Shown here piece by piece: positions 40,410 to 54,629 of a stretch of 64,000 bases of DNA (its first letter is position 1; every line of letters begins with the position of its first letter). The notes below the pieces were generated by a model. The model was not told the origin of the DNA and did no database searches. It was given only the letters and a program-made list of their open reading frames with translations. The translations under genes and the position numbers were made by a program. Source of the DNA: Octopus sinensis (lineage: Eukaryota); NCBI RefSeq assembly GCF_006345805.1, contig NC_043012.1, forward strand, positions 22,258,001 through 22,322,000. Reading direction: 5' to 3'.

Positions 40410-41805
40410 TACATCACCATGAGTGAGGATAGACACGAAAACCGATTCGAAGATAGCAAGTTTGGCTTTTTTTTACCAACCTCTATTCTCAGCTGCAGCT
40501 GAGAGTAATGCTGATGCATTGCTACATCAGCAACCCTGCAATTCTCGCATCGAATTCAGCCTTCTTTCATCTCTTGTGACGATAAAAGAGCAATGAAAGA
40601 ATAGAGGAGGCAGGGTACGAAAGATGCCAACCACCACGACAAAGATGATGATGATGCTGATGGCGGGGAGAGAGTGATAAACATGATGATGATGATGATG
40701 ATGCGATCACAAAAAGTGATGGTTGTGGTGGTGTTGGTGATGATAATGGTGATGGAAGAAGTGATGATGACAATTATTGTTATTTATGATGATGATGAGG
40801 AGGAATATGAGGATGATGATGATGATGTTGATGGCAGTTATGTGATAGTGAACTGGCAGAATCGTTAAAGCATCGAACTAAATGTTTAGCGGTATTTCTT
40901 CCAACTCCTTACTTTTTGAGATCAAATCCCGCCGAAGTCAACTTTCCCTTTCATCTTTTCGGTGTCGATAAAATAAAGTTCTAATTAAATATTGGGGGGA
41001 GGGGGGATGTCGATGTAGTAATCGGCTTGTCCCTCCCCTCAAATTGTTGGCCTTGTATCAAAATTAGAAAGAATTGCATGATTGTGACGGGGATGGTGGT
41101 GGTGGTGGTGATAAAAATTATGATGATGATGATGATGAAGCGATGACAATTATGCGATGTTGATGGGAGTGGTGGTGATAAAAATGACAACCATCATGAT
41201 GATGATGACAACGACTAAGACGGCGGTATGTTTGTTTATCGATCTTCATTTGAATAATCCTTTATCGAACAGTTATCCATTAGAAAGTAGTTATGGACTT
41301 TTTTCTCGTTCACTCTGTTTATCGTAGTTATTGTTGTTGTTGTTGTAGTTGTTGTTTCGGTTTGTTGTTGTTGTTGTTGTTATAGTTGTAGTTGTTATAC
41401 TTTGGTTTGTTATTGTTTTGGTCACATCTTCATATACAATGAATGCAATGAGATGAAGATGAAGATGAAGAAGAATGAAACCAATGTCAATAATGTTAAC
41501 AAGTTGTATACGAAAGAAAGATGCTTTGTAAAAAGCGGGAAGGGAAAAAACATAATAAAATAAAAGTTGAAGAGAGTCTTGTTGGAAAAGTGTAAAAAAA
41601 TTGTATGGCTGTTATAATGTATTTGAATTTAAGTGGTGGCTTATGATTGTCTTAGGTGAAGTATGGAAGACAATGAGTAGTGGCGGTTCGTTATGTATGA
41701 TGTATGCATGTGTATTAATTTAATGTTTCTGTGTGTGTATGTGTGTGTCGTTTTGGCATGTGTGTATGCGAGCGTATGCGTGGTTGATATAAATCTCAAA
41801 GCGTG

Positions 41806-41838
<33 letters not shown>

Positions 41839-41866
41839 TATATATATATATATACGCATTGAGATT

Positions 41867-41916
<50 letters not shown>

Positions 41917-41933
41917 GCATTGAGATTTATATC

Positions 41934-41977
<44 letters not shown>

Positions 41978-41981
41978 GCTC

Positions 41982-42038
<57 letters not shown>

Positions 42039-42792
42039 GTTCATAATATTGTAATATACATCCATACATGTATTAGCATATACATACGAAGTTATAAGCA
42101 TACGTACATATATATATATATACAGATATACATGCATGTATGCATATATATGTATATTATACACTTACGTAAATACATTTTAACATAGACACACATACAT
42201 ACGGAGATATATACTTACGTAGATACATTCTAACGTGGTAGATACATGCATATGTAGATATGACCTGCGGGGGTAAACTCATAGTTTCCCGCCCAAGAAA
42301 AGAAGATGGCGGAACAACCCAACCCATCTCTATCCTGACTTTCTCACCCGCTATTGACTTGGCACATTACCAATATTTCAAAAGCATTTTGTGAATTTGG
42401 TACCCTGAGAAATTCCATTACCCTGCGGTTACATTCTCCACTTCAAGAAACGTCTGGTAAGAAAAGGAATTGGTGAAGTAGAATTAACATCAAAATACAT
42501 CTCACACACACACACAACTCCCCAGCTTCGCCAGTGTAAAAGATATTCCAACACCATCTGAAAATATCTTTGTGCGTATCTATGACAATTTTAATACATA
42601 CATGCATACATTATATATATGCGTGTGTATATGTGTACATTTATAAAGTATACTTAATCAACAAATTAAGTTTAAAACTACAGTATATCTATATACGTAC
42701 GTATATTTATATATGTATATATATATTTATACGCACACACGTTAGGTAAACTTAAATGATTTACATGAAAGAAATTAAGTTTAGAACTAAGA

Positions 42793-42828
<36 letters not shown>

Positions 42829-43430
42829 TGTATGTATGTATGTATGTATGTATATGCGTGTGTGTGCGTGTGTGTATACATGTGTAGGGACCATAGCTTT
42901 TTCTGTATGTACATATATTCGTCTATGCATTTTTGTGTATACGCCTGTATCTACACATACACACGTCCATGTCACTGGTGGGTCTATCTATCAGCATGTT
43001 GCATAGTTTCATATGATTAACTGTTCGTGCATCCATTGACGGTTTTGCTTTCGAATTTTGGCACCAGGCCAGCAAATTCGCGGGAGGCCATAAGTCGATT
43101 AAATCGAACCATCACCACCACCACCACCACCACCACCACCGCCTACAGTGCTCAAGGTGATACTTATTTTATCGACTCGGAAAAGATGAAAGGCGGAATT
43201 TGACCCTCAGATCATAAAAAAACGGACGAAATGCCGCTAAATATTTTGCTCGGCGCCGTAACGATTCTGCTTTTACACCTGTTGACAATATTGAAACATA
43301 AAAAAACATGGAACAGATTAAATGACCAAAAATCATTGCATGTTTGAAAAGCGAAACAGCAACAGGATTTCTTTTCTTTCTACTCTTCATCTTCACCTCC
43401 CTCTCTCTCTTCCCATCACATTCTATCTCC

Positions 43431-43434
<4 letters not shown>

Positions 43435-43476
<42 letters not shown>

Positions 43477-43580
43477 ATTATATATATATATATATATATA
43501 ATATATATATATATTTATAGTATATATATATTATATATATATATATATTATATTTATATATATATATATAGTATATATAA

Positions 43581-43622
<42 letters not shown>

Positions 43623-43643
43623 AATATATATATATATATTAAA

Positions 43644-43688
<45 letters not shown>

Positions 43689-43749
43689 ATTATATATATT
43701 TATATATATTTATATATATATATTTATATATTATATATATATATATATT

Positions 43750-43827
<78 letters not shown>
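43435..43827. repeat. ~390-bp (TA)n tract
   Basis: Almost pure A/T alternation with interruptions. Confidence 0.95.
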
Positions 43828-44460
43828 CAGTAATCCCTCGCCATATCGCGGTTCACCTATCGCGGTTTATTATTTAAGCTTACGTCGATTCCTCCGCGGT
43901 GTAGTTTTGCATTTATCATAAAATAATACATACAAATTATTAAAATAATGAAAAAAACATACAGTACAATACTCTTCTATATTTAAGAGATGAGGAATTA
44001 TGTACACTATTTACATTTGACGATATTTGTCCTCATCTTGCTTGTTAAGGTCTAAGTCCTTTCAATATTGTCCACTTTACAATCTCAGTCACTATAGCTA
44101 TCGTACAGAAGCGACTTGCCTGTTGCTCTTCCTTGCTAAAGAAAATCGGTAAGGGATCCTCACCAAGGGTTGCCTTGCACGGGTGCATACAAAATGCCTT
44201 TCGTCGCTCTGCACTCATTTCGGAGAGGAGCTGCAGCCGGTACTTCATTCCTGTATATTTTATCCTTAAAAGGCGATTGTTTCATCCTCAGTACCATCGC
44301 CACCAAAAATATCTACAAGTTGTCTCAAGACCACTGAGTGAAACTCTTTCCGAACTGTCAGTCTATTCCTCCGCATCGACATCCGGTATCTTCCCGAAAA
44401 TCTCGTCGCTAATGCCAACCACTTATCTTCAATCTAAACGCAAGGTTTGATTGGCTGTAT
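43828..44460. mobile_element. Possible pogo/Tigger-like DNA transposon remnant
   Basis: Starts TA|CAGTAATCCCTCG...atcgcgg, resembling Tigger-type termini. No matching second TIR was found and the right boundary is uncertain. Confidence 0.35.
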
Positions 44461-45158
44461 TTTCCCATTGAGAGATGATTATATAAAAACCTGCTAATAT
44501 TCCAAATGCCGAAGTCGGCGAACTGGTAGAATCCTTAGAACGCCTGAGAAAATGCTCAGCGGCATTTCTTCCTGCTTTTCGCTCCAAGTTCAAATGCCGA
44601 CGAGGTCGACTTTACTCTCATCCTTTCAATATTAATAAAATATGTACCAGTCGAGTACTTGGGTCGATGTAATCGACAAACCCCCAAGCTGCTGACCTTT
44701 TGCCATACTTAGAAATTGTACCAGGCTTTAATTTTTAAAAAATAGGTCGTTTTGTTTGATTGAAACCCTTCAGTATGGCCGCTGTCCAGTGACTGAAACT
44801 TTGGGGGATTACATCAACCACCAGTGTATCACTGGTACTTATTTCATCGACTCCAAAAGGATGAAAGGCAAAGTCAACCTTGGCGGAATTTGAATTCAGA
44901 ACGTAAAGACGGACGAAATGCTGGGGTAAGCATTTCGTCCGGCATGATAACGATTGTTTTCCCATGAAAATAGTTTACTGATGGTGGATTCGTTGTACAA
45001 ATTTGAACCATAAATGTTTTGGATTGAGCATTCCACCCTGTACTGGCGATCAGAAATTATACAAAAAGAAAGGGGAATATGAGTTAAGCCAAACAATGGA
45101 CTATCTTATAAGCTTATGTTATTACAAAAAGCCAAAATATATTCTTGCTGATAGAGAG

Positions 45159-45270
<112 letters not shown>

Positions 45271-47570
45271 TCTTTTGCTCACTTTTGTAAATTGCTGGGT
45301 TGCTTATAAAGTTTTGCATATTCTTTCTTGGTTAGTTTCTCATTACTAAGAGCATTTCAGATGGCAAACTGGCAAAATCGTGAACGCGTCAGTTAAAAAT
45401 GCTTCATGGTATTTCGTCTGTCTCCACGTTCTAAGCTCAAATTCCGCCGAGGTTGACTTTCGGGGGTCGATAGAATAATAACCAATTGAACACTAGAGTC
45501 GATGTAATCGACTTAACCCCCTTCTCGAAACTTTCTGACCTTGTGACAAAATTTTAAGCCATCGTTCAAGGCGACGAGCGGGCAAAATCGTTAACACATT
45601 GGGTAAAAATGCTTAGAAGCATTTATCCGTCTTCACGTTCTGAGTTCAAATTCCGCCGAGGTCGACTTAACCTTTCGTCTTTCAAGGGTCGGCAAAATAG
45701 GCACCAGTTAAACGCTGGGGTCTATATCATCGAATAACCCAATTTCCCCCAAAATATCAGGCCTTGTGTCTTTAACAAAAAGGATTATTACGAGCCCTTC
45801 AGACTCACTATTAAGATTTCTTTCAAACCCATATCAACAAAAATAGCCTCCATATTTAAAGACGTTTTTTGTATCAGTTGATATGGTTTATCTTGCTTTT
45901 TTTTTTTTTGCTTGTTTCAGTCATTGGACTGCGACCATGCTGGGGCACTGGACTAAAGAATCTAAGTCGAACACAATGACCCCAGTACATATGTCTCTTA
46001 AGCCTGGTACTTATTTTATCAGTCTTTTTTAGCCGAACCGCTATGGTTACGGAGACGTAAACACGCTATCCCCGGTCGTCAAGCGGTGGTGGCGGACAAA
46101 CACACATATGTATATATGACATGCTTCTTTCAGTTTCCGCCTACCACATCCACTCACAAGACTTTGGTCAGCCCGAGGATATAACGGAAGACACTTGCCC
46201 AGTGTACCACACGGTGGGACTGAACCTGAAACCATGTGGTTGGGAAGCAAACTTCTCACCACACAGTCTCGCCTGCGCTTCGTATGTGTTGTCTTTCTTT
46301 TATTTTTTGTTTTAGTCATTTGACTGCGGCCATGCTGGGGCACCGCTTTAAAGAAGTTTAGTCGAACGAATCGATTCCAGTATTTATAATTTTTTTTAAC
46401 CTGGTACTTTGTCTATCGGCGTCATTTTACGAACCGCTAAAGGGACGTAAGCAAACCAACACCAGATGTAAGCGGAGTGGGGTGGAGGACAAACAGAAAG
46501 ACACACACACACACACACACATTTATATACTTACACATCCATATATATTTATTTGTAGGATTCATTCGAATCAAGATATTTGAAAATTAAGGACACCAAG
46601 TCATGCTCGAGATTAGCATATCCGTGTATCTACCCTATATAAACATACCCGTATGTGCCCATGCATACTCGGATATATCGATACACTTACACATACATGT
46701 ACCTGCACACACGAATATAAATATGCGTATAGATATACATGAAATTATATACCAATGCACGCCGGTATGCAGTTTCACGATCCACTGTATGTTCTAGATC
46801 CAACACAGAGAAGGTTGCAGGAATGGGGCTTATATAAAATAAGAACACAAAGAGGTTTAATGCTGTTTCAGACCCGCTTTTCTTTTTTTTTATAGCTAAG
46901 TAACTCAATTACATCATGAAAAGCCAGTCTCTCTTCGTTGTTACCGAAATGAAAGAGTCAATCTACTTTCCACATCTTAGTATTACGACGTTTCTAAACA
47001 ATTAGATCGAAGATAGAAAATCTAGGGAATGGATGTATATGCAAATTTCAAGTGTTATTGCTCTTTCATCAGTACGTCATGTAACCCGTCAATCCACTCA
47101 CAAGGCTTTGGTCGACCGGTGGTTATATTGTAGATGACGCTTGCCCAAAGTGTCACGCTGTGAGACTGAACCCAGGACCACCCGCTTGGCAAGCAATTTC
47201 TTTACCAAAATATATTATGCCTATATTCCCAGGGAGATTCCATGTGGTTATCCACGGGTAATATGATAAGACAGGAGCATTATAATAACTACCAGTCATA
47301 CTCTGCGATACTTAAATGAATCAGCTATAATTTCTCCCGTCCTCTTCCACTTCACAATGTGTTGGCTACGTGCCCAGCAGAAAAATACAAAAATCAATAA
47401 TAGTACATCATTTGATGTTTATCTTCATCGCTGTTAAAATAGTCGGTGTTGACTATCAAAACTTAATGATGGAGTATATGGATGTGTGTGTGTGTGTGTG
47501 TAGATATGTGTTTGTGTATGTGTATACTTTGTGTGTATGTCTGAGCTTGGATACATATATGGATACACAC

Positions 47571-47614
<44 letters not shown>

Positions 47615-47628
47615 CAACATAAATATGT

Positions 47629-47664
<36 letters not shown>

Positions 47665-47779
47665 ATAGGTATATGTCTGAGTTTATATATATATATATAT
47701 ATAATATATATATATATATATGCATAGGTATATGTCTGAGTTTATATATATATATACATTATGCATAGATATATGTCTG

Positions 47780-47816
<37 letters not shown>

Positions 47817-48427
47817 GTGTGTGTGTGTTTTCCATGTAGATACATTTGTGGGTGTGTGTGCATGGATCTTTTTGTGTCTGTATATGTTTCTATATGGTTA
47901 CAGATGTGTGTGCGTGTATGTGAATCTTTGCCTGTGTACATCTGTGTATGCGTGTGTTTTGCCAGGACATTCTCCTTGTGATAGCCGCTTTAGATAAAGA
48001 GTAATGCAATGGAAGATACGTAGTTTTGAACTAGAAACCCACCAATCAGTAGACAGAATGCCACTAAGACCACCATAATACTCTCTCTCTCTCTCTCTTT
48101 CTCTCTCTCCTACTACTACTACTATCACCATCACCACCACTACCACTATACTATCGCTGTAACAAACACAACCACAATGGCCATCGCCATCATCATTAGC
48201 GTATTATTGCCGTAATATTAACCATCACCTCCAGCAAAACACCATCATATCTGCTACGAAACCACTATCATAATTACTACCACCACCACCACCACCACCA
48301 CCACCTCCGCCGCCGCCGCCTTAGACTGCAGCCACCATCACTGCCACAGTTACTAGCCATTACTGGCCATTATCACCATCACTATCCTCTCACATGTCTT
48401 AAAAATGATGAATGGCTTCAGATTGCT

Positions 48428-48429
<2 letters not shown>

Positions 48430-48516
<87 letters not shown>

Positions 48517-48533
48517 CAGACAGGTTGATAGGC

Positions 48534-48600
<67 letters not shown>
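48430..48600. repeat. (GATA)n-(GA)n microsatellite
   Basis: Directly visible. Confidence 0.95.
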
Positions 48601-48602
<2 letters not shown>

Positions 48603-48949
48603 AAGAAAGAGGGAGAGAACGACAGAGACAGTAATTGTTCTTTATTTCACCAAACTGCATAATCTTCGTTTCTGGCCGTTGTTAGTGTTATTTATTTGAT
48701 AACGTCGTTTAACCTCCACGTGGCCCTGATCAAACAAGTCCTATTACGATCAAAAAGATTCCAGCTAGGACCATCCTGTCTCTTTTCAGTAAAAGTGGAC
48801 TGTAGACTAATATATATATTATATATATATATATATATAATGCGGTCCACCTGATGACGGGTCATGTCCCATTCAAAATGTGACCGCGTGTGTACCGTTG
48901 GCGATTTTTTTCCTCCGTCTTCCCTTCTCTGGATATTTTCTTTTCCTAT

Positions 48950-48985
48950 GTTTCTGACGAAGAGCTCTGCTCGAAACGTAAAAAC
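48950..48985 (+). ncRNA. Minimal type I hammerhead ribozyme motif
   Basis: GTTT-CTGACGA-A-GAGC-tct-GCTC-GAAA-CGT-A-AAAAC: intact CUGANGA and GAAA cores, 4-bp stem II, palindromic ACGU stem III, GUA cleavage triplet. Confidence 0.6.
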
Positions 48986-49107
48986 CCTCCTTCTTCCCTT
49001 CCTTCCTGAGCGTCCAATAATACTATATTTGTTCCACGTCCTCGCGTTGTTGTGTTTTCTCTTTGTGTTTTCATGTTTGGATTAACTTTATATATATATA
49101 TATATAG

Positions 49108-49155
<48 letters not shown>

Positions 49156-49253
49156 ATATTTTACAGAAGGAGCTTCTACAGGACTAGAACTGTTTCATTC
49201 AAATGAAATCATCAGAAGCTTTACTGTGGTTAACCCCGACTCAACCCGAGACC

Positions 49254-49287
<34 letters not shown>

Positions 49288-50438
49288 ATGGGCAACCTGC
49301 GGCCCGCATGAGTTTTTGAATGGCTGTTTGGTCATGCTGGGGCACCGTCTTGAAGGGTTTAGTCTTACAAATTGACCCCAGGACTTACTTTTTCTATCTG
49401 GTACTTATTCTGTTGGTCTATTTTCTTTTTTAATAATGCGGTCCGCCCGATGACGAGTCATGTCCCATGTGCCCCGCTTCTTGAAAAATAATACCCATGC
49501 TTAATACACATTTTGACGTGTAGTATTTTAAGAAGTTTGAATGACATTTGGCTGCTATTTCTTTCCGGTTCAGGCAACCACCTAGAACAGGCACGAGAAA
49601 TGGCTCCTCATCAAGTGAGCCTTAAAGGAACTGATCGAACTCAATACTTACATGTAAGTCTGGCACTTAGGCTATCGGTGTCTTTTACCGAACCGGTAAG
49701 TTATGGGAATGTAAACAAACGGTGTCATATGAAATTGTCACCCATAATTATGACCCTAATATCGATCTATCGCATTTCAATCTGTTTTAGGATTAGGGTT
49801 AGTTAGGGGTAGGGTTAGGGGTGGTGGAAGGGTATCTTTTTTCTTCAGAAATGTAAATAAACCCAATCTGTTTCTTAAACGAGGGACATAGTCATACGGC
49901 ACGGAATGTTTTTTTTTACCTCAATAGACGTAATTGATTGGTTGAAATTGCAGAAATTGAAGAAAAAGACAACAAATATCTTACAAACTATAGAATTTTC
50001 TCAATAAAGCCAAGAGAAAAAGATGTTTTATAAATATATTCTACCAGTATACGACGTTTAAAAGTGTTTAGTTACGTGGAAGTTATTTTTAAAAACTGCC
50101 GTTCAAACCGAAAAGATCCCACCATCTACAACAAAATCCAGTCCTTATTGTAGTGTAGTGGCTTACATGTCTCAATGACCCTTGAGAGCTATATCAGAGG
50201 AGTGCAAGCTGGACAGGTCAGATTGGATTGTATAAGAAAAACAAAATCATCGATAACAATTCAAACCCAACAAGACCTGGGAGCGGAAGGCCTCCCCCTC
50301 AAGGAAACTTACGAAGAGGGCTACTGAGGCAGTGTTGAAGAAGCAGGCGGTCAGACTGGAGAGAAGATAGAAAAGACAGCCCAGGGTCGATGGCCTATAC
50401 TCCATTGGAAGTGAAGGGTTTGAATAATAATAATAATA

Positions 50439-50474
<36 letters not shown>

Positions 50475-50584
50475 CCTTTCTACTATAGACACAAGGCCTG
50501 AAATTTGTGGCAGGGGACAGTGATACATCGACACCAGTGTATCACAGGTACTGAATCTATCAACTCCGAAAGATGAAAGGCAAA

Positions 50585-50644
<60 letters not shown>

Positions 50645-50673
50645 TAATAGTAATAATAATAATAATAATAATA

Positions 50674-51222
50674 GATGCAGTACCAGGCAGTGGCTCTCAT
50701 GGCTTCTGATCTTAACTGATTGGAAGTGTTATCATGTACATTGTTTTGTCTTGGTATAAAAGATGGGCTACAGCAAATATTCTGCTCAATACCACAAATT
50801 TGCTTGTCAGTTGTTTGACCTTAACCAGTTGAGCATGTCCCTTAGTGGCTGACGATATGTGCATCTCTGATCACGAGCAGAAGTAGTGGGGGAGCATCAT
50901 AGCCATGTGTTGACAGGGATTCTTTGGGGTTCGAATAGTTCACCTCTGGAAACATGGGTGATTCTTTCAACATCCTTAAACAATCCTTATTCAGGGACCT
51001 TTTGAGCGGGATGGGTTACTCGACCAGAAGAAAATTCTAACTGGGCCCCACCTGCAAGGTCATGTGCTGTGTATCTTGATATGAGATCACCATGTTGTGC
51101 ACTTGTGGTTGTGATGCATGTGCCTGGTGTACCCTTATCAGACGGGTAGTCATGATGGGTATACTGGACTTCGTATATTTTACCCCAGTGTCACTTTGAT
51201 GGCATGCACTGCTCTCTCACTC
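50674..51222. mobile_element. ~550-bp repeat embedded in (AAT)n tracts (second copy)
   Basis: Same ctctctcactc|(aat)n end as copy 1. The other end is about 9 nt shorter. Confidence 0.8.
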
Positions 51223-51259
<37 letters not shown>

Positions 51260-51760
51260 GGTACACCATCACGCAAAGTAAGTAAATTCAAATCTATTAA
51301 GAACTTTTAACGAAAGATGATAAAAAAAAATAATGATTAGGAAACGAATTAATCACCTTGATTTCATTATCATTTGGATTGATCAAAAGAGAAGACATGT
51401 TGAAATTCTTATGAAAACAACAGTACGGAGTCTAGTGTTTTAACAAGAATGATTATATGCACACAGAATAGCAATTTTATTTGAGTGATAAAAATACAAC
51501 GAAAAATAACAAATCAGTTCATGATGAATACTTAAAATTAATAGAAAAATGATAGCAGTTTATAATAACAAGAAATACTTAACAAAGATGTAGCAGAGTT
51601 CATAGTCTTAAAAATATGGAAGCGATCATATTGACGGCAAACTCCATGAGAGAAAATGAAATGAGGAATATTTTAAGTAACAATCGCTGTAATTATTTTT
51701 GTCAAATCTGTTTTTGTAACATGACTTCCGACTTCCGGTTTGGAAGTTATGTTACAAACA

Positions 51761-51814
<54 letters not shown>

Positions 51815-52537
51815 GTTATGCACATCCTTCTTAATAAGAAATGCCCTCAATTCTGTCTCTCTGTCTGTCTCTCTCTCTCTCTCATTACAAGATACAAATT
51901 AGTTAATATTAGTATATGACCCATCATTTTCATTGAAATATATCTGTATAGATTCAAGAAAGAATTACGTATAAGAAGGTAAAGCAATATCGATTTAAAA
52001 TATCAAAAGGCATCTTAGTTTCTAACATTTTCATTACCATACAGGAAGTTTTGTCTGTGAGATCCTCTGGATCTTTTCGGTTTGAACGGCAGTTTTTTAA
52101 AATAATTTCCACGTAACTAAACACTTTTAAACTTCGTATACTGGTAGAATGTGTTTATAAAACATCTTTTTCTTTTGGCTATATAGAGAAAATTCTATAG
52201 TTTGTAAGATATTTGTTGTTTTTTTTCTTCAATTTCTGCAATTTTAACCAATCAATGCCGTCTATTGAGGTAAAAACATTCTGTGCCGTATGAATATGTC
52301 CCTCGTTTAAGAAACAGATTGGGTTTATATAAACAAACAAACAAGACATACATTCGTACATACATACATACATACAACATACATACATACATACATACAT
52401 ACATACATACATACCCTGTTGCTGATGTTGAAATTCCAATGAAGGAACCTTAGATCTAGGTTAGAAACCGGCTCTTTCTTGAAATAAAACTGAACAATGA
52501 CATACATACGTGTGTACGTACCTACGTGCGGTCGTAT

Positions 52538-52762
52538 GAGCTGGCAGAAACGTTAGCAACGCCGGGCGAAATGCTTAGCGGTATTTCGTCTGCGTTACGT
52601 TGTGAGTTCAAATTCCGCCGAGGTCGACTTTGCCTTTCATCCTTTCGGGGTCGATAAATTAAGTACCAGTTACGCACTGGGGTCGATGTAATCGACTTAA
52701 TACCTATGTCTGTCCATGTTTGTCCCATCTGTGTTTAGCCTCTTGTGGGTAATAAAGAAATA
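52538..52762 (+). mobile_element. SINE family B with Tx1-type tail
   Basis: Near-identical to the 16287 and 60307 copies. Confidence 0.85.
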
Positions 52763-53046
52763 CGTATATATATATATATGCTTGTATAATCAGGTTATTA
52801 ATCTTATCACTCAGTCAATTCATCTGATTCTTATTCCATTCACCCAAGAACTAAGCAACGCACGAAGTAGGAAGCGAAAGGATTTCGCCATAGAAAAGAC
52901 AAGATAAGCATCCTCCTCCTCTCCTTCCAGCGTTTCCCCCTTCCTTATTTCTCCCTCCTTCTCTTTTTACCGCCATTAGCAAACACTATCAGCATCAAAT
53001 CTCCCGCCACACGCTCATCTATCGCCTATTCTTACTGTCAGTATGG

Positions 53047-53084
<38 letters not shown>

Positions 53085-53138
53085 GTGCGCGCGCGTGTGT
53101 GTGTGTGTATCACCCTTTTCCGAGTTCGCCCGAAGATT

Positions 53139-53151
53139 GTTGCCTAGCAAC
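53139..53151. promoter_or_regulatory. RFX X-box-like palindrome
   Basis: GTTGCCTAGCAAC fits GTNRCC-N(0-3)-RGYAAC and lies in a non-repetitive CpG-richer island (about 52860-53240). Confidence 0.35.
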
Positions 53152-53559
53152 TAACGATCCCCTTCAAGTCCCGGCATTCTCCGTGAAATTCAGCTTCCAG
53201 GCACACACGCCAGCCCCATAGATTTCTCCAAATGCTTCTTTTGCTTGGGATATACACTCAGCCAAGAAATTAGACGTGGAGAGCCGGAGAATAAGTGTTG
53301 GCCTTTGGGAAATATTTCGCTACGATGGACATGCAATAAGCGCAGGCATAGCTGTGTGGTCAAGAATCCCCACTTTGCAACGACGTGGTTTCGAGTTGAT
53401 CCCCACTGCGTGGCATCTTGGACAGGTATCTTCTATCCAGCCATCGCATTGTGAGTAAATAAGGGGTAGATGTTTGTTTTGCATAGTAAAATGTCTGGAA
53501 TTTCTTTCCGCGCTGACGGTAAAGGTACATGTTTAAAAGGTTAAAAGTATTATTTTGCT

Positions 53560-53875
53560 CTGTTGTGTCTGGGGAGAGTCATTCTCTTTTTTGTGCCTTA
53601 TACTATAACACACTCACCGGTAAAATTTCCACTTATTTCTTATTTTTATTTTCCTAAAATTTTCGTTGCGTCTTGCAATCTTTTCAATGGTTTTGTGTGT
53701 GTGTGCCCATGCATGCATGGGCACACACACACACACTGACCCACATACATGCGCACAAACAAACAAAAAGGAACGCAGTGTGAGTAACGGACAGAGTCAA
53801 GACTATTGAAAAGCTTGCAAGACGCAACGAAAATTTTAGGAACAAAAAGAAAATGACTCTCCCCAGACACAACAG
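53560..53875. repeat. Nested inverted repeat / foldback
   Basis: 24-bp perfect outer arms (53560-53583 / 53852-53875), 37/38-bp inner arms (53651-53688 / 53805-53842) and a 40-bp perfect palindrome (53694-53733) in the loop. Confidence 0.85.
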
Positions 53876-54254
53876 AAAATGCTTCAACACACGAACTCAC
53901 ATAAAGAATCTTGCAAACCAAACCCCAAAACGAAGTATTTTGCTGTTTTTAAATAATGGTTTCCTTTAAAAATCGAATTATTGTATTGATTTCCAATTTT
54001 TACCTTCCATATATTGCGTATAAAAAAGTGGATTTGTGTAACAAAGGCGATTCCTGAATGCACCTATGATGCTCTGATATATAAGATCCGACTAGTTAGT
54101 TTTTCTTTATTATCCAAATCTTTGTGAATCAATATTATATAATGTTGAATATTCAAATTGATGTTAAATGTACGTAGATAATTGAGAATACTTAAATTAA
54201 TACTAATACTGGATGAAAAATTTCGAAACGGATGCAATCATATTATATATATAT

Positions 54255-54558
54255 ATCACCGTGACCGACCAGGCTATCAGAAGTTGCTACACATCGCTGG
54301 TCACAATGCGCTTCGCATTGTTTTAGTCTTTAAATGTCGCCACCCCGCTGGCTAAGCGAGCAGGCCAACAGAAGAAAGAGTGAGAGAAAGTTATGGCGGA
54401 AGAGTACAGCAGTGATCGCCACCATCCTCTGCCGGAGCCTCGTGGAGCTTTAGATGTTTTCGCTCAATAAACACTCACAACGCCCGGTCTGGGAATCGAA
54501 ACCGCGATCCTACGACCGCGAGTTCGCTGCCCTAACCACTGGGCTATTGCGCCTCCAC
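54255..54558 (-). mobile_element. tRNA-derived SINE family D
   Basis: Minus-strand head ggaggcgcaaTAGCCCAGTGGttagggcag...GGTTTCGATTCCC, followed by about 230 bp of non-tRNA body. Confidence 0.7.
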
Positions 54559-54562
54559 ATTT

Positions 54563-54626
<64 letters not shown>

Positions 54627-54629
54627 GAG

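Noticed and set aside
48839-49468. 34-bp direct repeats as LTRs or TSD of a composite element
   Set aside because: The interior is a patchwork of unrelated repeats, and the repeats look like fragments of another dispersed element.
54480-54558. tRNA gene
   Set aside because: A and B boxes are present, but it continues into a SINE body with no proper acceptor stem or T-run terminator. The same applies to other SINE heads and to 37694-37760.
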